Positions 8,660-18,344 of a DNA stretch of 62,355 bases are shown piece after piece. Below the pieces are notes generated by a model. That model made no database searches and had not been told where the DNA came from. It saw only the letters and a program-made list of their open reading frames with translations. Source of the DNA: Acidimicrobiia bacterium (GTDB taxonomy: Bacteria > Actinomycetota > Acidimicrobiia > Spongiisociales > Spongiisociaceae); assembly GCA_041576165.1 (NCBI GenBank), contig JBFGLM010000027.1:1-62355 (forward strand), read 5' to 3'. The translations under genes and the position numbers were made by a program. The stretch's first letter is position 1. Each line of letters begins with the position of its first letter.

Positions 8660-10054
8660 TCAGTCCTCCTTGCCAGACTCCGCTTCCTTGCGGCGACGCC
8701 GCCGCTCAGCGTAGTCGGCTATCTCGCGCTGATCAGATCGCTCGATGGCGAGGGCTCCCGGGCTGACATCCTTGGAGATCGTCGATCCGGCCCCAGTGTA
8801 CGCGCCCCTACCAATCTCGACCGGGGCCACCAGCATCGTGGCGGAGCCGATGAAGGCCTCCTCCCCAATGAGGGTGCGGTATTTGTCGAACCCGTCGTAG
8901 TTGCACGTGATCGAACCGGCCCCAATGTTGGCCCCGGCGCCAACCTCGGCGTCTCCCATGTAGGACAGGTGGGGCACCTTGGCACCCTCTCCCACCACGG
9001 TGTTCTTCATCTCGACGAAGGTGCCGGCTTTCGCCTTCCGCCCCAGGCGGGCTCCGGGGCGCAAACTGACGTACGGGCCCACCTCGGCCTCCGGCCCCAC
9101 CGACGCGTCCCGCAGCACCGCGTACCACACTCTTGCGTCCGGGCCGATCTCGCTGTTGCGGGCAAAGACGTCGGGCCCGACCTCCGCGCCGGCACCGACA
9201 ACCGTCGCGCCTTCCAGGTGGACGCCGGCGTAGAGGCGGGCACCCGCCTCGAGCTGAACCGCGGCATCGACGTAGGTGCGGTTGGGGTCCTGCATCCAAA
9301 CGCCGATCCGCATCCAGGCCTGGTTGATCCGGCGCCGCAGGATCTCCCCGGCCGCGGCCAGCTGATCCTGTGAGTTCACCCCCGCCAGCTCCGATATCGT
9401 GGTGTTGACCGCGGCCAGCGGATGGCCGGCCTCTGCGATCAACGCCAGCGCATCGGTGAGGTAAAACTCGCCCTGAACGTTGTCGCGTGTGATCCGGCTC
9501 AAGGCATCGGCCAGCAGCCCCGCCGCGAAGACGTAGACGCCGCCGTTGATCTCTTTGATCTGACGCTGGACGCTGGTTGCGTCCTTGTGCTCCACGATCC
9601 CAGTCACATGTTCATGCTGATCCCGCAGGATGCGACCGTACCCGGTCGCATCCTCGACATCGGCCGTGAGCACGGTGGCGCCGGCGCCGGTGCGGTGATG
9701 CGTGGCGAGCAGTTCGGCAATCGTGTCGGGGGTCAGTAGTGGTGTATCCCCCGGCAGGATCAACACTGCGTCCTCACGGTCGAGGTCCAACGTATCGATC
9801 GCTACCTGGGTGGCGTGACCGGTACCCAGCTGTTCCTGCTGGAGGATGGCCGTGACATGCTGCGGCAGCGATGCCTCGACCAGATCCGAACCGGTACCAA
9901 CAACCACGGTTGTGTCCGTCGGATCAATCTTCTCCAGTGCGGACAACACCCACCCCACCAGTGGACGCCCGGCGATTTCGTGCAGCACCTTCGGCAGTGG
10001 CGACTTCATACGCTTGCCGACACCAGCGGCCAGCACTATGGCCCTCACGGCCAT
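8660..10054 (-). CDS. glmU: Bifunctional UDP-N-acetylglucosamine diphosphorylase / glucosamine-1-phosphate N-acetyltransferase
   Basis: IVLAAG.GKRMKS.LPKVLH, EQLGTGHA, GYGRI, EFYLTD, HLSYMGDA, ITCNYDG, hexapeptide repeats. Confidence 0.98.
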   Translation of the reverse strand: MAVRAIVLAAGVGKRMKSPLPKVLHEIAGRPLVGWVLSALEKIDPTDTTVVVGTGSDLVEASLPQHVTAILQQEQLGTGHATQVAIDTLDLDREDAVLILPGDTPLLTPDTIAELLATHHRTGAGATVLTADVEDATGYGRILRDQHEHVTGIVEHKDATSVQRQIKEINGGVYVFAAGLLADALSRITRDNVQGEFYLTDALALIAEAGHPLAAVNTTISELAGVNSQDQLAAAGEILRRRINQAWMRIGVWMQDPNRTYVDAAVQLEAGARLYAGVHLEGATVVGAGAEVGPDVFARNSEIGPDARVWYAVLRDASVGPEAEVGPYVSLRPGARLGRKAKAGTFVEMKNTVVGEGAKVPHLSYMGDAEVGAGANIGAGSITCNYDGFDKYRTLIGEEAFIGSATMLVAPVEIGRGAYTGAGSTISKDVSPGALAIERSDQREIADYAERRRRRKEAESGKED

Positions 10055-10079
10055 GTGACCCTCCTGTTGTGAGATGTCG

Positions 10080-10151
10080 CTGGGGGGACAGGAATCGAAC
10101 CCGTACCGGCGGGACCAAAACCCGCTGTGCTGCCTATTACACCACCCCCCA
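10080..10151 (-). tRNA. tRNA-Gln(TTG)
   Basis: Reverse complement TGGGGGGTGGTGTAATAGGCAGCACAGCGGGTTTTGGTCCCGCCGGTACGGGTTCGATTCCTGTCCCCCCAG; anticodon TTG; position upstream of glmU is typical of actinobacteria. Confidence 0.96.
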
Positions 10152-10183
10152 TCGGGGTAACGGCCGAGGAGGCCGTCGGCATT

Positions 10184-11044
10184 CTATCGGTCGTCGAGAT
10201 GTGCACCTCGACCTGTCGGCGCCGCTGCCGCGATCGCCCGGGCCTGGTGCGGGACGACCTGAACTGCCTCTCGGGCCTCATCCGCGTCACCAAAGTAGCC
10301 GAACAGCGTCGGACCGCTGCCGGAGAGCATCACCGGGCGGCCCCACCGGTCGGTCAGGTCGTCTGCCCAGTCGGCGACATCCGGTTTGCAGCGAACTGCC
10401 GCCGGATACAGGTCATTGATCAGCGGGGCGAACTGACGGAGGGACGGCGGCGTGGCCGGCATCGGGAGTTCCGGTCCGGACGGGCCATCCAACTCGTCCC
10501 ACATCCGATACACCGCTGCGGTTGCCAGCTCGAATGGCGGGACGGCCAGCACCAGCCAGTAGTCGTCGAACGGCTGCGCCACCGGCGTGAGTCTCTCTCC
10601 GTGCCCTTCCATCCACTGGGTGCCGCCGGCAAGGCAGAAGGGAACGTCTGAACCGATTCCAGCGGCAACCGTGTCGAGCGGATCGCCGTAGCCGACCAGG
10701 TGCGCGTATGCCAGGAGTGCCGCGGCGGCATCCGATGATCCACCTCCCACCCCGGCCGCCACCGGCAGGCGTTTGGTGAGCCGGACCGTCACCGGCTCCT
10801 GGGGCGCACCGGCGGCCCGCAACGCCTCGATCGCCCGCCAAACCAGGTTGTCCTCATCGGTTGGGAGGTCCGCGCCGACCACCTCTAGCTCGTCGGCGTC
10901 GGCTCGTTCGACGACCAGCCGGTCACACCATCCGATGGACTGCGCCAGCGAGCGGAGCGGATGCTTCCCACCCGCGTCGGCGGCCGCCACCCGCAGGGAC
11001 AGGTTGACCTTGGCCGGCGCCAGCGCTTCGACCAGCTCAATCAA
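10184..11044 (-). CDS. ispE: 4-diphosphocytidyl-2-C-methyl-D-erythritol kinase
   Basis: APAKVNLSL, KRLPVAAGVGGGSSDAAA, IGSDVPF, NDL, LSGSGPT; TTG start at 11044 after GGAGG. Confidence 0.93.
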   Translation of the reverse strand: MIELVEALAPAKVNLSLRVAAADAGGKHPLRSLAQSIGWCDRLVVERADADELEVVGADLPTDEDNLVWRAIEALRAAGAPQEPVTVRLTKRLPVAAGVGGGSSDAAAALLAYAHLVGYGDPLDTVAAGIGSDVPFCLAGGTQWMEGHGERLTPVAQPFDDYWLVLAVPPFELATAAVYRMWDELDGPSGPELPMPATPPSLRQFAPLINDLYPAAVRCKPDVADWADDLTDRWGRPVMLSGSGPTLFGYFGDADEAREAVQVVPHQARAIAAAAPTGRGAHLDDR

Positions 11045-11858
11045 CTTGCGCCTCCGCGTCGGCCAGGGCCAGATAGTCCCCCGGCGAAAGGTCCTCGGCC
11101 CGCCAGCTGGGCTCGACGCCTGCGATCTCGCACACGCGGTCCAGTACGGGCAACTCGTCCCGCAGCGACGACCGCAGCATCTTCCTTCGCTGGGAAAACG
11201 CCGCCCCGGCCAGTTCGGACGCCCGTTCCGGTATGGGAGCCGGCGGGCGATTGCGCACCATCCGCACCACGGCCGAACCGACTCGGGGTGGCGGAAGGAA
11301 CACTTGCGGCGGCACCGTGAACGCACGCCGCACGTCGCAGAACAGCTGCGCAACGACCGAAGGGACGCCATATTCCTTCGACCCGGGCCTCGCGGTGATG
11401 CGATCCGCCATCTCCCGCTGCACCATCACTACGAACTCGATAACGGACCCCTCCTTGCGCACGATGTCCAGCAGGATGGGCGTCCCCATGTTGTAGGGCA
11501 GGTTGGCGGCCAGCACCCACGGTCCCGGCCTGTCCAGCACCGCATTCGACGCGTCCTCCATCCTCAGCTCTACGTCATCGCGACCTCCGATCACCTCGCG
11601 CAAGACCGGCTCCAGGACCGGGTCGATCTCATATGCCACTACCGGGTAGCCTGCCTCGGCGAGCGCAAGCGTAAGCACGCCGGTACCGGCCCCCACTTCG
11701 AGCACCGTGGTGCCGGGAGGCGCTTCGATCAGCCGCACGATCCGATCCACGATGTTGGGATCGACCAGGAAATGCTGGCCGAGCCGCTTGCGGGGGACCA
11801 GGCCGTGGCGGGCGAGCAGCGCTCCCACGGCCGACCGACTGCGGGCTGCCTCAGACAT
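11037..11858 (-). CDS. rsmA: 16S rRNA dimethyladenosine transferase
   Basis: KRLGQHFL, VLEVGAG.G.LT, YEID, ANLPYN, MVQRE.A.RI.A.PG.K.YG, F.PPPRV.S, FSQRRKMLR. Confidence 0.96.
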   Translation of the reverse strand: MSEAARSRSAVGALLARHGLVPRKRLGQHFLVDPNIVDRIVRLIEAPPGTTVLEVGAGTGVLTLALAEAGYPVVAYEIDPVLEPVLREVIGGRDDVELRMEDASNAVLDRPGPWVLAANLPYNMGTPILLDIVRKEGSVIEFVVMVQREMADRITARPGSKEYGVPSVVAQLFCDVRRAFTVPPQVFLPPPRVGSAVVRMVRNRPPAPIPERASELAGAAFSQRRKMLRSSLRDELPVLDRVCEIAGVEPSWRAEDLSPGDYLALADAEAQVD

Positions 11859-12714
11859 CGCCGAACACCCGGGCGGCATTCCGGGTGGTGATAGTCGCCA
11901 CGGTGGCCACGTCCACTCCCCAGACGCCGGCCAGTGCCTCGCCCACCAGCGCGACTCGCGCCGGCACGTTTGTCTCACCTCGGTACGGCGGGGGCGACAG
12001 GTAGGGCGTGTCGGTTTCCACCAGCGCCCGGGATGGCGGAACGACCGCCGCGCCCCGGCGCACCGTGTCTCCCGTCTCGAACGCCACCGGCCCGGCGAAC
12101 GAGAACGTGACGCCGAGCTCGAGGAATCGCTTGGTCCATTTGGGCCCGCCGGTCCAACAGTGCAGCACCACCCACGCACCGGGCTCCTCCCCAGACAACG
12201 CGTCGTACGTTTCAGAGAACGCATCGCGGCAGTGAACGATCAGAGGGCGGCCGAGGCTGCGCGCCAGCCGTATCTGATCGGTGAAGGCTTCCAGCTGGCA
12301 CTCGCGGGGCGACAGGTTGCGGTAGAAGTCGAGCCCGGTTTCCCCCACGGCGGTCGCGTTCGCAGCCAGTTCCGCGATCTCGTCCCGGACGTCCGCCCAT
12401 GCCACAGCTTCGTGAGGATGAAGGCCGGCGCTCGACCGGATCCGATCCGGATGAGAGCGTTGGAGTTCCACGGATGCCTGCGAGGATTGGACGTCAACGC
12501 CGGGGGCAACCAACCACGCAACACCATCCATCCCATGCCGGAGAACCGCCGCAGGATCTGGGGTCAGTTGCACATGTCCGTGGGTGTCGACCCAGCGCAG
12601 ATCCGGGTCGCCGCCAGTACCAACGAGACGCGAGTCTCGCCGGCCAGATCTGGCACCAACGCGGTCGGAATGGGTCGCCCGGCCCATTTCGGCGGGCCCG
12701 GGATTGGAATTCAT
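11851..12714 (-). CDS. tatD: TatD family deoxyribonuclease (start uncertain)
   Basis: DTHGH, GLHPH, VGETGLDFY, IVHCRDA, LHCWTG, VETDTPYLSP. Confidence 0.92.
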   Translation of the reverse strand: MNSNPGPAEMGRATHSDRVGARSGRRDSRLVGTGGDPDLRWVDTHGHVQLTPDPAAVLRHGMDGVAWLVAPGVDVQSSQASVELQRSHPDRIRSSAGLHPHEAVAWADVRDEIAELAANATAVGETGLDFYRNLSPRECQLEAFTDQIRLARSLGRPLIVHCRDAFSETYDALSGEEPGAWVVLHCWTGGPKWTKRFLELGVTFSFAGPVAFETGDTVRRGAAVVPPSRALVETDTPYLSPPPYRGETNVPARVALVGEALAGVWGVDVATVATITTRNAARVFGDV

Positions 12715-12831
12715 TTCTAATGCTTTTCGGTCGGCTAGTGTCGAGCGTGACGGTAAACCACATTCTCGACGATCACCGCGGAACTGGGGCTCGTGGGGGG
12801 AATCGCCGACATGAGTTCGGAGGTTTAAACC

Positions 12832-13116
12832 ATGGACACTGGTATGGCGCGCAAGATCGATGATCTTGGGCGCATCGTGATCCCTGCGGAGACACGCCGC
12901 CTCTTCAACATTCGTGAGGGCGACCACCTCTCGATCTCCGTCGAAGGGGACCGCATCGTGCTCCGCAAAATGGAAACCACCGTGGCCGTGGGCGAACACG
13001 CATTTGAAATCGACCGCGACACCTATTTCAACTGGGAGCACCGGGTCAGCGAGGCGATCGGCAGCCGCGACCCGGAACGCATCTCCGAGGAGATCCGACG
13101 CCGCCTCGGCATGTGA
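12832..13116 (+). CDS. abrB: AbrB/MazE/SpoVT family DNA-binding protein (Bacillus AbrB-like N-terminus)
   Basis: TGMARKIDDLGRIVIPAETRR...I.EGD.L.I.VEGDRIVLRK; SD GGAGG. Confidence 0.88.
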   Translation: MDTGMARKIDDLGRIVIPAETRRLFNIREGDHLSISVEGDRIVLRKMETTVAVGEHAFEIDRDTYFNWEHRVSEAIGSRDPERISEEIRRRLGM

Positions 13117-13129
13117 GGAAACCCTGATT

Positions 13130-13963
13130 TCACTGCTCGTTTGAGGATCGCAGCGCGGCTTCGTAGAGCTCGCGGCGCCGGGTGCCCGTCACCTCTGCGA
13201 CCTCGCGTACCGCCCGCGACAACGACTCGCCGGCGGCGACGCGCGAGCGAACTTCGCCCACTGCGTCGGTGAGGCTGATCGCCTGCTCGGCCGCCCCGCC
13301 GAGAACGAGCGTGTATTCGCCTTTCGGCTGGCGGGCCGTCCACTCGGCCAGCGCGTCGCCCAAGCTGCCAGCCCAGATCTCCTCGTGGAGCTTGGTCAAT
13401 TCCCGAGCCACGACGATGGGGCGGTCAGAACCACAGCACTCGATCAGGTCGGTCAGGTCCCGGGTCAGACGGGATGGTGCCGCGAACAACACCACCGTCC
13501 GGGTTTCGCGGCCGATGTCGGCCAGGCGCGCCGCCCGCTCGTGTCCGCGTCTTGGCAAGAACCCCTCGAAAACGAACCTCTCGGCGGGAAACCCCGACAC
13601 CGACAGGGCGGCGGTCGCCGCACTCGGACCGGGCACCACCGAGATTTCGGCTCCGGCTTCCCGGGCGACCCGCACAGCGCTGAGCCCCGGATCGGAAATT
13701 GCGGGCGTCCCGGCATCGGTCAGCAACGCGATGTGCTCCCCCCGTGACAAACGTTCATGGATCTCGGCACCCTTGGCCGCCTCATTTCCCACGAAATAGG
13801 ACTCCAGCTCGGCGCCCGCTCCCAGTGAATCGAGCAAGATCCGGGCTCGGCGGGTGTCCTCCGCCAGCACGACGTCAGCGGACTGCAGGACCTCTCGCAA
13901 CCGGGGTGGGGCGTCACCGAGGTTGCCGATCGGAGTGGCACACACCGTCAAGCGACCGGTCAC
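13130..13963 (-). CDS. rsmI: 16S rRNA (cytidine1402-2'-O)-methyltransferase
   Basis: ATPIGNLGD, AEDTR, DAGTPAISDPG, VPGPSA, FEGFLP, ARELTKLHEE, KGEY. Confidence 0.97.
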   Translation of the reverse strand: MTGRLTVCATPIGNLGDAPPRLREVLQSADVVLAEDTRRARILLDSLGAGAELESYFVGNEAAKGAEIHERLSRGEHIALLTDAGTPAISDPGLSAVRVAREAGAEISVVPGPSAATAALSVSGFPAERFVFEGFLPRRGHERAARLADIGRETRTVVLFAAPSRLTRDLTDLIECCGSDRPIVVARELTKLHEEIWAGSLGDALAEWTARQPKGEYTLVLGGAAEQAISLTDAVGEVRSRVAAGESLSRAVREVAEVTGTRRRELYEAALRSSNEQ

Positions 13964-15408
13964 TGGCCGAACCCCCGAACGCCCGCTCGCACCGCCGTTC
14001 CGGTTGCCTCATCTGAGGCCGCAATGAACAGGGCGCGGTCGTTGATGCGCTGAACCTCGGCGTAGTCACTGCCGACATAGCGGCTGGTGCGCAGCTGTTC
14101 GAAGTGGAGGTCTACGTTCATCGCAGAGGCGACGAAGTCCTGTACAGCGCCGCCGAATTCGGAGGCGTCCTGCTGAGTGTCGCCAACGAACACCGAGACG
14201 AAGGCGACTTGATGCGTTTCCGGATTCCACAACAGCGCGTAGGAGTCACCGCCCCAGCCCTTGGCGGCGGCTGCGGCAGTTCCTCCGTTGAGGAACTGTC
14301 CGAATAGCGAGCGCCACCCGCGGGCTCCCCATGTGCCTCGCTCCACGATCTCGAAGCCAAACGGGGCCCTCAGCTGCAGTGCGGGATCGAGCGGCGTAAT
14401 GCCCTGCACGAACGCTTCGGGTTCGTAGATCTCCTCGGTCGTCACCGGTGGGTCCTCATAGGCGCGGTTGATGGCATCCATCCCACCTCGCTGATACAGG
14501 TAGAGGACGAACAACGATCCGTCTGTGTAGGGAAATCGAGAAACCGAGCGAAAAAATGATGGCGCGTCGGCGAACGTCGCATTGCGCCGCTGGTTGGCTT
14601 GCCGCTGGAGCTCGGCCCGTTCCTCACTGTTTAGCGTTTCGTAGAACAGCGACTGAACCAACACGGCTTCACCTTCGATGAGACCCAGCAGACCGCCGGC
14701 GACCTCGAACTGCCGGGTGTCGCCGAGCGCCCGATACTGCTCGGTCACCTCCGGGTACTGCTGATCGAGCAGTGCATGTGCCAGCTCGTGCACCATGATC
14801 CACTGCTCGTACGGCGTCAGCAGCTCACCAGAGATGGGGACTACCAGCTCGTGCTGCTCGAGGTCGTAAAACGCCAGCGTGGAGGCCGAGTAGAACTCCG
14901 TATAAAAGTCCTCCAGATCGACCGGCTCGTCGAAAATGCCGAAGAGGCGATACAGAGCCTCTTCCGGGGCAAAGTCGACATGGGCGAAGCTCTCCTCGAG
15001 TGATGCCGCTCGCCGGGCCACCACATCTTCGGGGCTCAGCGCCACGATCACGGGCGGTTCTTTGAATTCCAGCTCCCGCAGCGACTCGACCGTTGCGACC
15101 AGTCCCTCGATCTGAGCTTCGAGTGGCCCCGGCAGTGCGATGCCGGGCGCTGTGTCGGCCGGCTCCCGCTCGGAGCCGCCGACGGCCCGATCGGCGGTAT
15201 CGCCCAGGGGCGGCCGACGAGCTTCGCCCGGGCCATGGCCGATGGAGGGAGGTGGCGCACCGGCATCGCCGCCGTCAGAGCTGGCGGGAACCGGCTGGGT
15301 CGCCACCGGGATGGTCGAACCCACCTTCTCAGCACCGGCTTGGGTAGAGCAAGCGGTGGCTGTGAGAAGCGCGAAGACTGCCCAGCTGAGGACACCTCGT
15401 CTCGGCAT
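13960..15408 (-). CDS. Lipoprotein with a zincin-type metallopeptidase motif
   Basis: Lipobox-like LLTATAC; HELAHALLDQ followed by LIEGEA; FPY.DG..FV; PP.TTE.I..P; AA.GWGGD. Confidence 0.7.
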   Translation of the reverse strand: MPRRGVLSWAVFALLTATACSTQAGAEKVGSTIPVATQPVPASSDGGDAGAPPPSIGHGPGEARRPPLGDTADRAVGGSEREPADTAPGIALPGPLEAQIEGLVATVESLRELEFKEPPVIVALSPEDVVARRAASLEESFAHVDFAPEEALYRLFGIFDEPVDLEDFYTEFYSASTLAFYDLEQHELVVPISGELLTPYEQWIMVHELAHALLDQQYPEVTEQYRALGDTRQFEVAGGLLGLIEGEAVLVQSLFYETLNSEERAELQRQANQRRNATFADAPSFFRSVSRFPYTDGSLFVLYLYQRGGMDAINRAYEDPPVTTEEIYEPEAFVQGITPLDPALQLRAPFGFEIVERGTWGARGWRSLFGQFLNGGTAAAAAKGWGGDSYALLWNPETHQVAFVSVFVGDTQQDASEFGGAVQDFVASAMNVDLHFEQLRTSRYVGSDYAEVQRINDRALFIAASDEATGTAVRAGVRGFGQ

Positions 15409-15485
15409 GGCGCGAGGGTAGCGACCGCTTTGTGCTGTGCCCGCACACGATCGGCGGTCTGGCCTGGCGGGCCTACACTCGTTTG

Positions 15486-16856
15486 GTGCATCTCCTATTC
15501 GTCTCGACGTATGAGTTGGGCCGCCAGCCCCTGTCAGTGGCCACGGCCGTAGCCGCGCTGGATGGCGCCGGACACGAAATCACGACATTGGATCTGGCGG
15601 TGGATGAGTGGGACGACAGCAAGGTGGAGACGGCGGACGCCGTGGCGATCAGCGTCCCCATGCACACTGCGACCCGGCTGGCAAGCCAGGTGATCGAACG
15701 TCTCGAGACGGTTCGGCCGGGCGTGCCCATCGCGCTGTTTGGCCTGTACGCCACGGTGCCCGACCCGATCCCCGGTGTGGCCGCCATCGCCGGCGACTTC
15801 GGTGAAGAGCTGGCGAACTGGGTGCAACAGGTCGGTGGTGGCCAACCCGACGAGCGACGAGCTACCGTGCGCCGCCGAGCCGTCGGGCATGCGGTGCCCA
15901 GGCGAACCTCGCTGCCACCGCTGAGCCGTTACGCCAGGTTGCTGGTAGACGGTGAGCAGCGCTTGGCCGGTTATGTGGAGGCCTCTCACGGTTGCCGTCA
16001 CCGCTGCCGCCATTGCCCGGTGCCGGTGGTCTACGACGGGCGCATCAATATCGTGGATGTTGACGCCGTCATCGCGGATGTGGACCAACAAGTGTCGGCG
16101 GGAGCCCGGCACATCACCTTTGGTGACCCCGACTTCCTCAACGCTCCGGCCCACAGCCGCCGGGTTGTGGAGCGGCTCCACCGCCGCCATCCTTCGGTTA
16201 CCTTCGATGTGACGGTCAAGGTCGAGCACATCCTCGAACACGCGGACATCTGGCGTGAGTTCTCCGAGCAGGGCTGCATTTTCGTCATATCCGCGTTCGA
16301 GGTCCTGAACGATCGGATTCTGCAGATGCTCGACAAGGGCCATTCGGCCACGGACGCCGGTGTGGCCGTCCGCACCTTGCGGGATCACCGCATCGAGATC
16401 CGGCCCTCATGGTTGCCTTTCACGCCGTGGACCAGCATGGATGACGTGGTGGACATCTTCAGGTTCGTTGCCGACCACGACCTGGTCGAAAACACGGACC
16501 CGGTGCAGTTGTCGATCCGGCTTCTCATCCCGCCCGGGTCGTTGATCCTGGATCTGCCCGACACCGAGCGCTGGCTCGAAGCCTACGACCCGCACGCGCT
16601 CACCTACCGGTGGACGGCGCAGGATCCGGCCGTGGACCAACTCCAACGCGACCTGGCCGAGCTGGCCGAGGGTGGTCTACATCAGCCACCGCCGGACCTT
16701 TTCAGTGGGATGTGGCAGCGGGTGGCGGCGGGGGCGCGGATCGACCCGGCAAGTCTGGCGCTTCCCGCCCGCGCTACGGTTGGCCGGCCCCGTATGACCG
16801 AGGCGTGGTTCTGCTGAGCGGAGCCCACCGCGGGCCAGTCTGGCCCGATCCTTTGA
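15486..16856 (+). CDS. CUAEP/CCAEP-tail radical SAM (seleno)protein; UGA at 16815-16817 read as Sec
   Basis: STYELGRQP N-terminus, B12-binding-like region, ASHGCRHRCRHCP (CxxxCxxC), FGDPDFLN; C-terminus EAWFC-TGA-AEPTAGQSGPIL-stop with a hairpin after the UGA. Confidence 0.85.
16831..16847 (+). promoter_or_regulatory. Putative bacterial SECIS element
   Basis: CGGGCCA-GTC-TGGCCCG 7-bp stem with G-U in the apical loop, 13 nt after the in-frame TGA. Confidence 0.7.
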
Positions 16857-16946
16857 GCAAACCCGACCCGAAATAGCACGCCGAATGGCACTCAACGTGG
16901 CTGTGATCCGGCCGTCTATATACCTATACGAATCTGGATTGGAAGC

Positions 16947-17120
16947 ATGCTGGAAACCGTTCGACGGGCCATGTACCGGGTGGCACCGCACGACCACGAG
17001 TGGGCGACTCAGAACCTCGGAGGCGGTCTGGAGCGCAGCGTCTGCGAACGATGCGGTCAAATCGAAGTGAAGGACCTACCCCGCACCTCCGACCCTCGGC
17101 GCGATCACGACGCGGGTTGA
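16947..17120 (+). CDS. Small (57 aa) putative zinc-binding protein, not in the ORF track
   Basis: MLETVRRAMYRVAPHDHEWATQNLGGGLERSVCERCGQIEVKDLPRTSDPRRDHDAG; HxHxW...CxxCG motif. Confidence 0.55.
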   Translation: MLETVRRAMYRVAPHDHEWATQNLGGGLERSVCERCGQIEVKDLPRTSDPRRDHDAG

Positions 17121-18274
17121 TACGTGCGGCGCCGGTTCGCCGCAATGAAGCCACCGGCCATTGCCAGCCCGGCCGAGGCTACAAACACCGGCCAGAACGT
17201 ACCAAAAGTATCTGCGATCAGGCCGCCGAGCTGCGGGCCAAACACCTGCGCAACCCCGAACGCAAGAGTCGCCACACCGAAGGCGGCCCCGAAGCTCTGT
17301 ACATCCACGCTGTCAGCCACGAGCGCCGCAAGTGCGGTCGGCACGCCTGCGAAGCCGAGACCGAACACGACGGTCGCTAGCCCCACCACGACGGGTTCGC
17401 CGGCCAATACGACGATCGCGGCGGCAGCCATTCCGGAAAAAGCGATCGCCATCGCCCGCTCCCGGCCGACCCGATCGGCGAGTCTGCCGTACATGGGACC
17501 GCCCGCCACGGTGGCGAAGCCGAATATCAAGAACATGCGGGCTGCCCGCGAGGCGCCAAAACCGGCGTCGTCACGCAGCATGGCCGTGAGGAAGTTGACG
17601 AACAGCGACATCGACAGCCCGTACACCACATAGATGGCGAGCAGCGACCTCCAGCCGGGGATTGATCGAATGACGCGCAAACGGGGTCGAGCGGTGGCGA
17701 TCGCCCCGATGTCGCGTAGCACGGCGAACGCACCGGCGATTGCGACCAGCCCAATTGCTGCCTCTATCCGGTACACGCTCCGCCACTGGTCGTCCGCGAT
17801 CGTGCCGGCGACGAGGCTCACAAAAACCAGGCCCAGGCCGATACCCGTGCCGATGAAGCCGATGGCCAAGCCCCGGAGGCGGTTGGGCACAGCAATTGCT
17901 GCGATACCGGGTGAGGGAACCCACACGCCGGCGCCGGCCAGACCAGTCAGCACCATGCCCAACCACAGCCAGGCGATGCCTCGACCGTACGCCAGTACGG
18001 CAAGGCCGGCCGTGCTGCCCACCAACGACAGCTGCACCAGCCGCACCACCGACACCCGCGTGGTCGCCACCGCCACGAGCGCCGTGCCGATCAGGTACGC
18101 AACGAGATTGGCGGTACCGAGGCCACCGGCAAGCGTGTACGAGATCGAGAGGTCTCGCTGCACCGCCGGGAGGAGCACCGCGTAGGTGAAGCGGCCAAAC
18201 GCCTGCGCGGTCGCCGCGCCGGCCATCACGACCGCCACCACCATCACCACCCGGGCGCCGGGCGACAGTTTCAC
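17105..18274 (-). CDS. MFS transporter (YbfB/YjiJ-like)
   Basis: FGRFTY.VLLP....DL..SYT.AG.L.TANL.AYL.G; GRLADRVGR; about 12 hydrophobic segments. Confidence 0.88.
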   Translation of the reverse strand: MKLSPGARVVMVVAVVMAGAATAQAFGRFTYAVLLPAVQRDLSISYTLAGGLGTANLVAYLIGTALVAVATTRVSVVRLVQLSLVGSTAGLAVLAYGRGIAWLWLGMVLTGLAGAGVWVPSPGIAAIAVPNRLRGLAIGFIGTGIGLGLVFVSLVAGTIADDQWRSVYRIEAAIGLVAIAGAFAVLRDIGAIATARPRLRVIRSIPGWRSLLAIYVVYGLSMSLFVNFLTAMLRDDAGFGASRAARMFLIFGFATVAGGPMYGRLADRVGRERAMAIAFSGMAAAAIVVLAGEPVVVGLATVVFGLGFAGVPTALAALVADSVDVQSFGAAFGVATLAFGVAQVFGPQLGGLIADTFGTFWPVFVASAGLAMAGGFIAANRRRTYQPAS

Positions 18275-18344
18275 TGATCGGTCGCCGCTTCGCCCCCAAC
18301 CCGCCGGGACGCGAGGTCCGGCGCCAGACCAGCCCGACGCTGCG

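Noticed and set aside
12832-13116. AbrB/MazE protein as a toxin-antitoxin antitoxin
   Set aside because: No adjacent co-directional toxin gene; sequence and synteny favour an AbrB-like regulator
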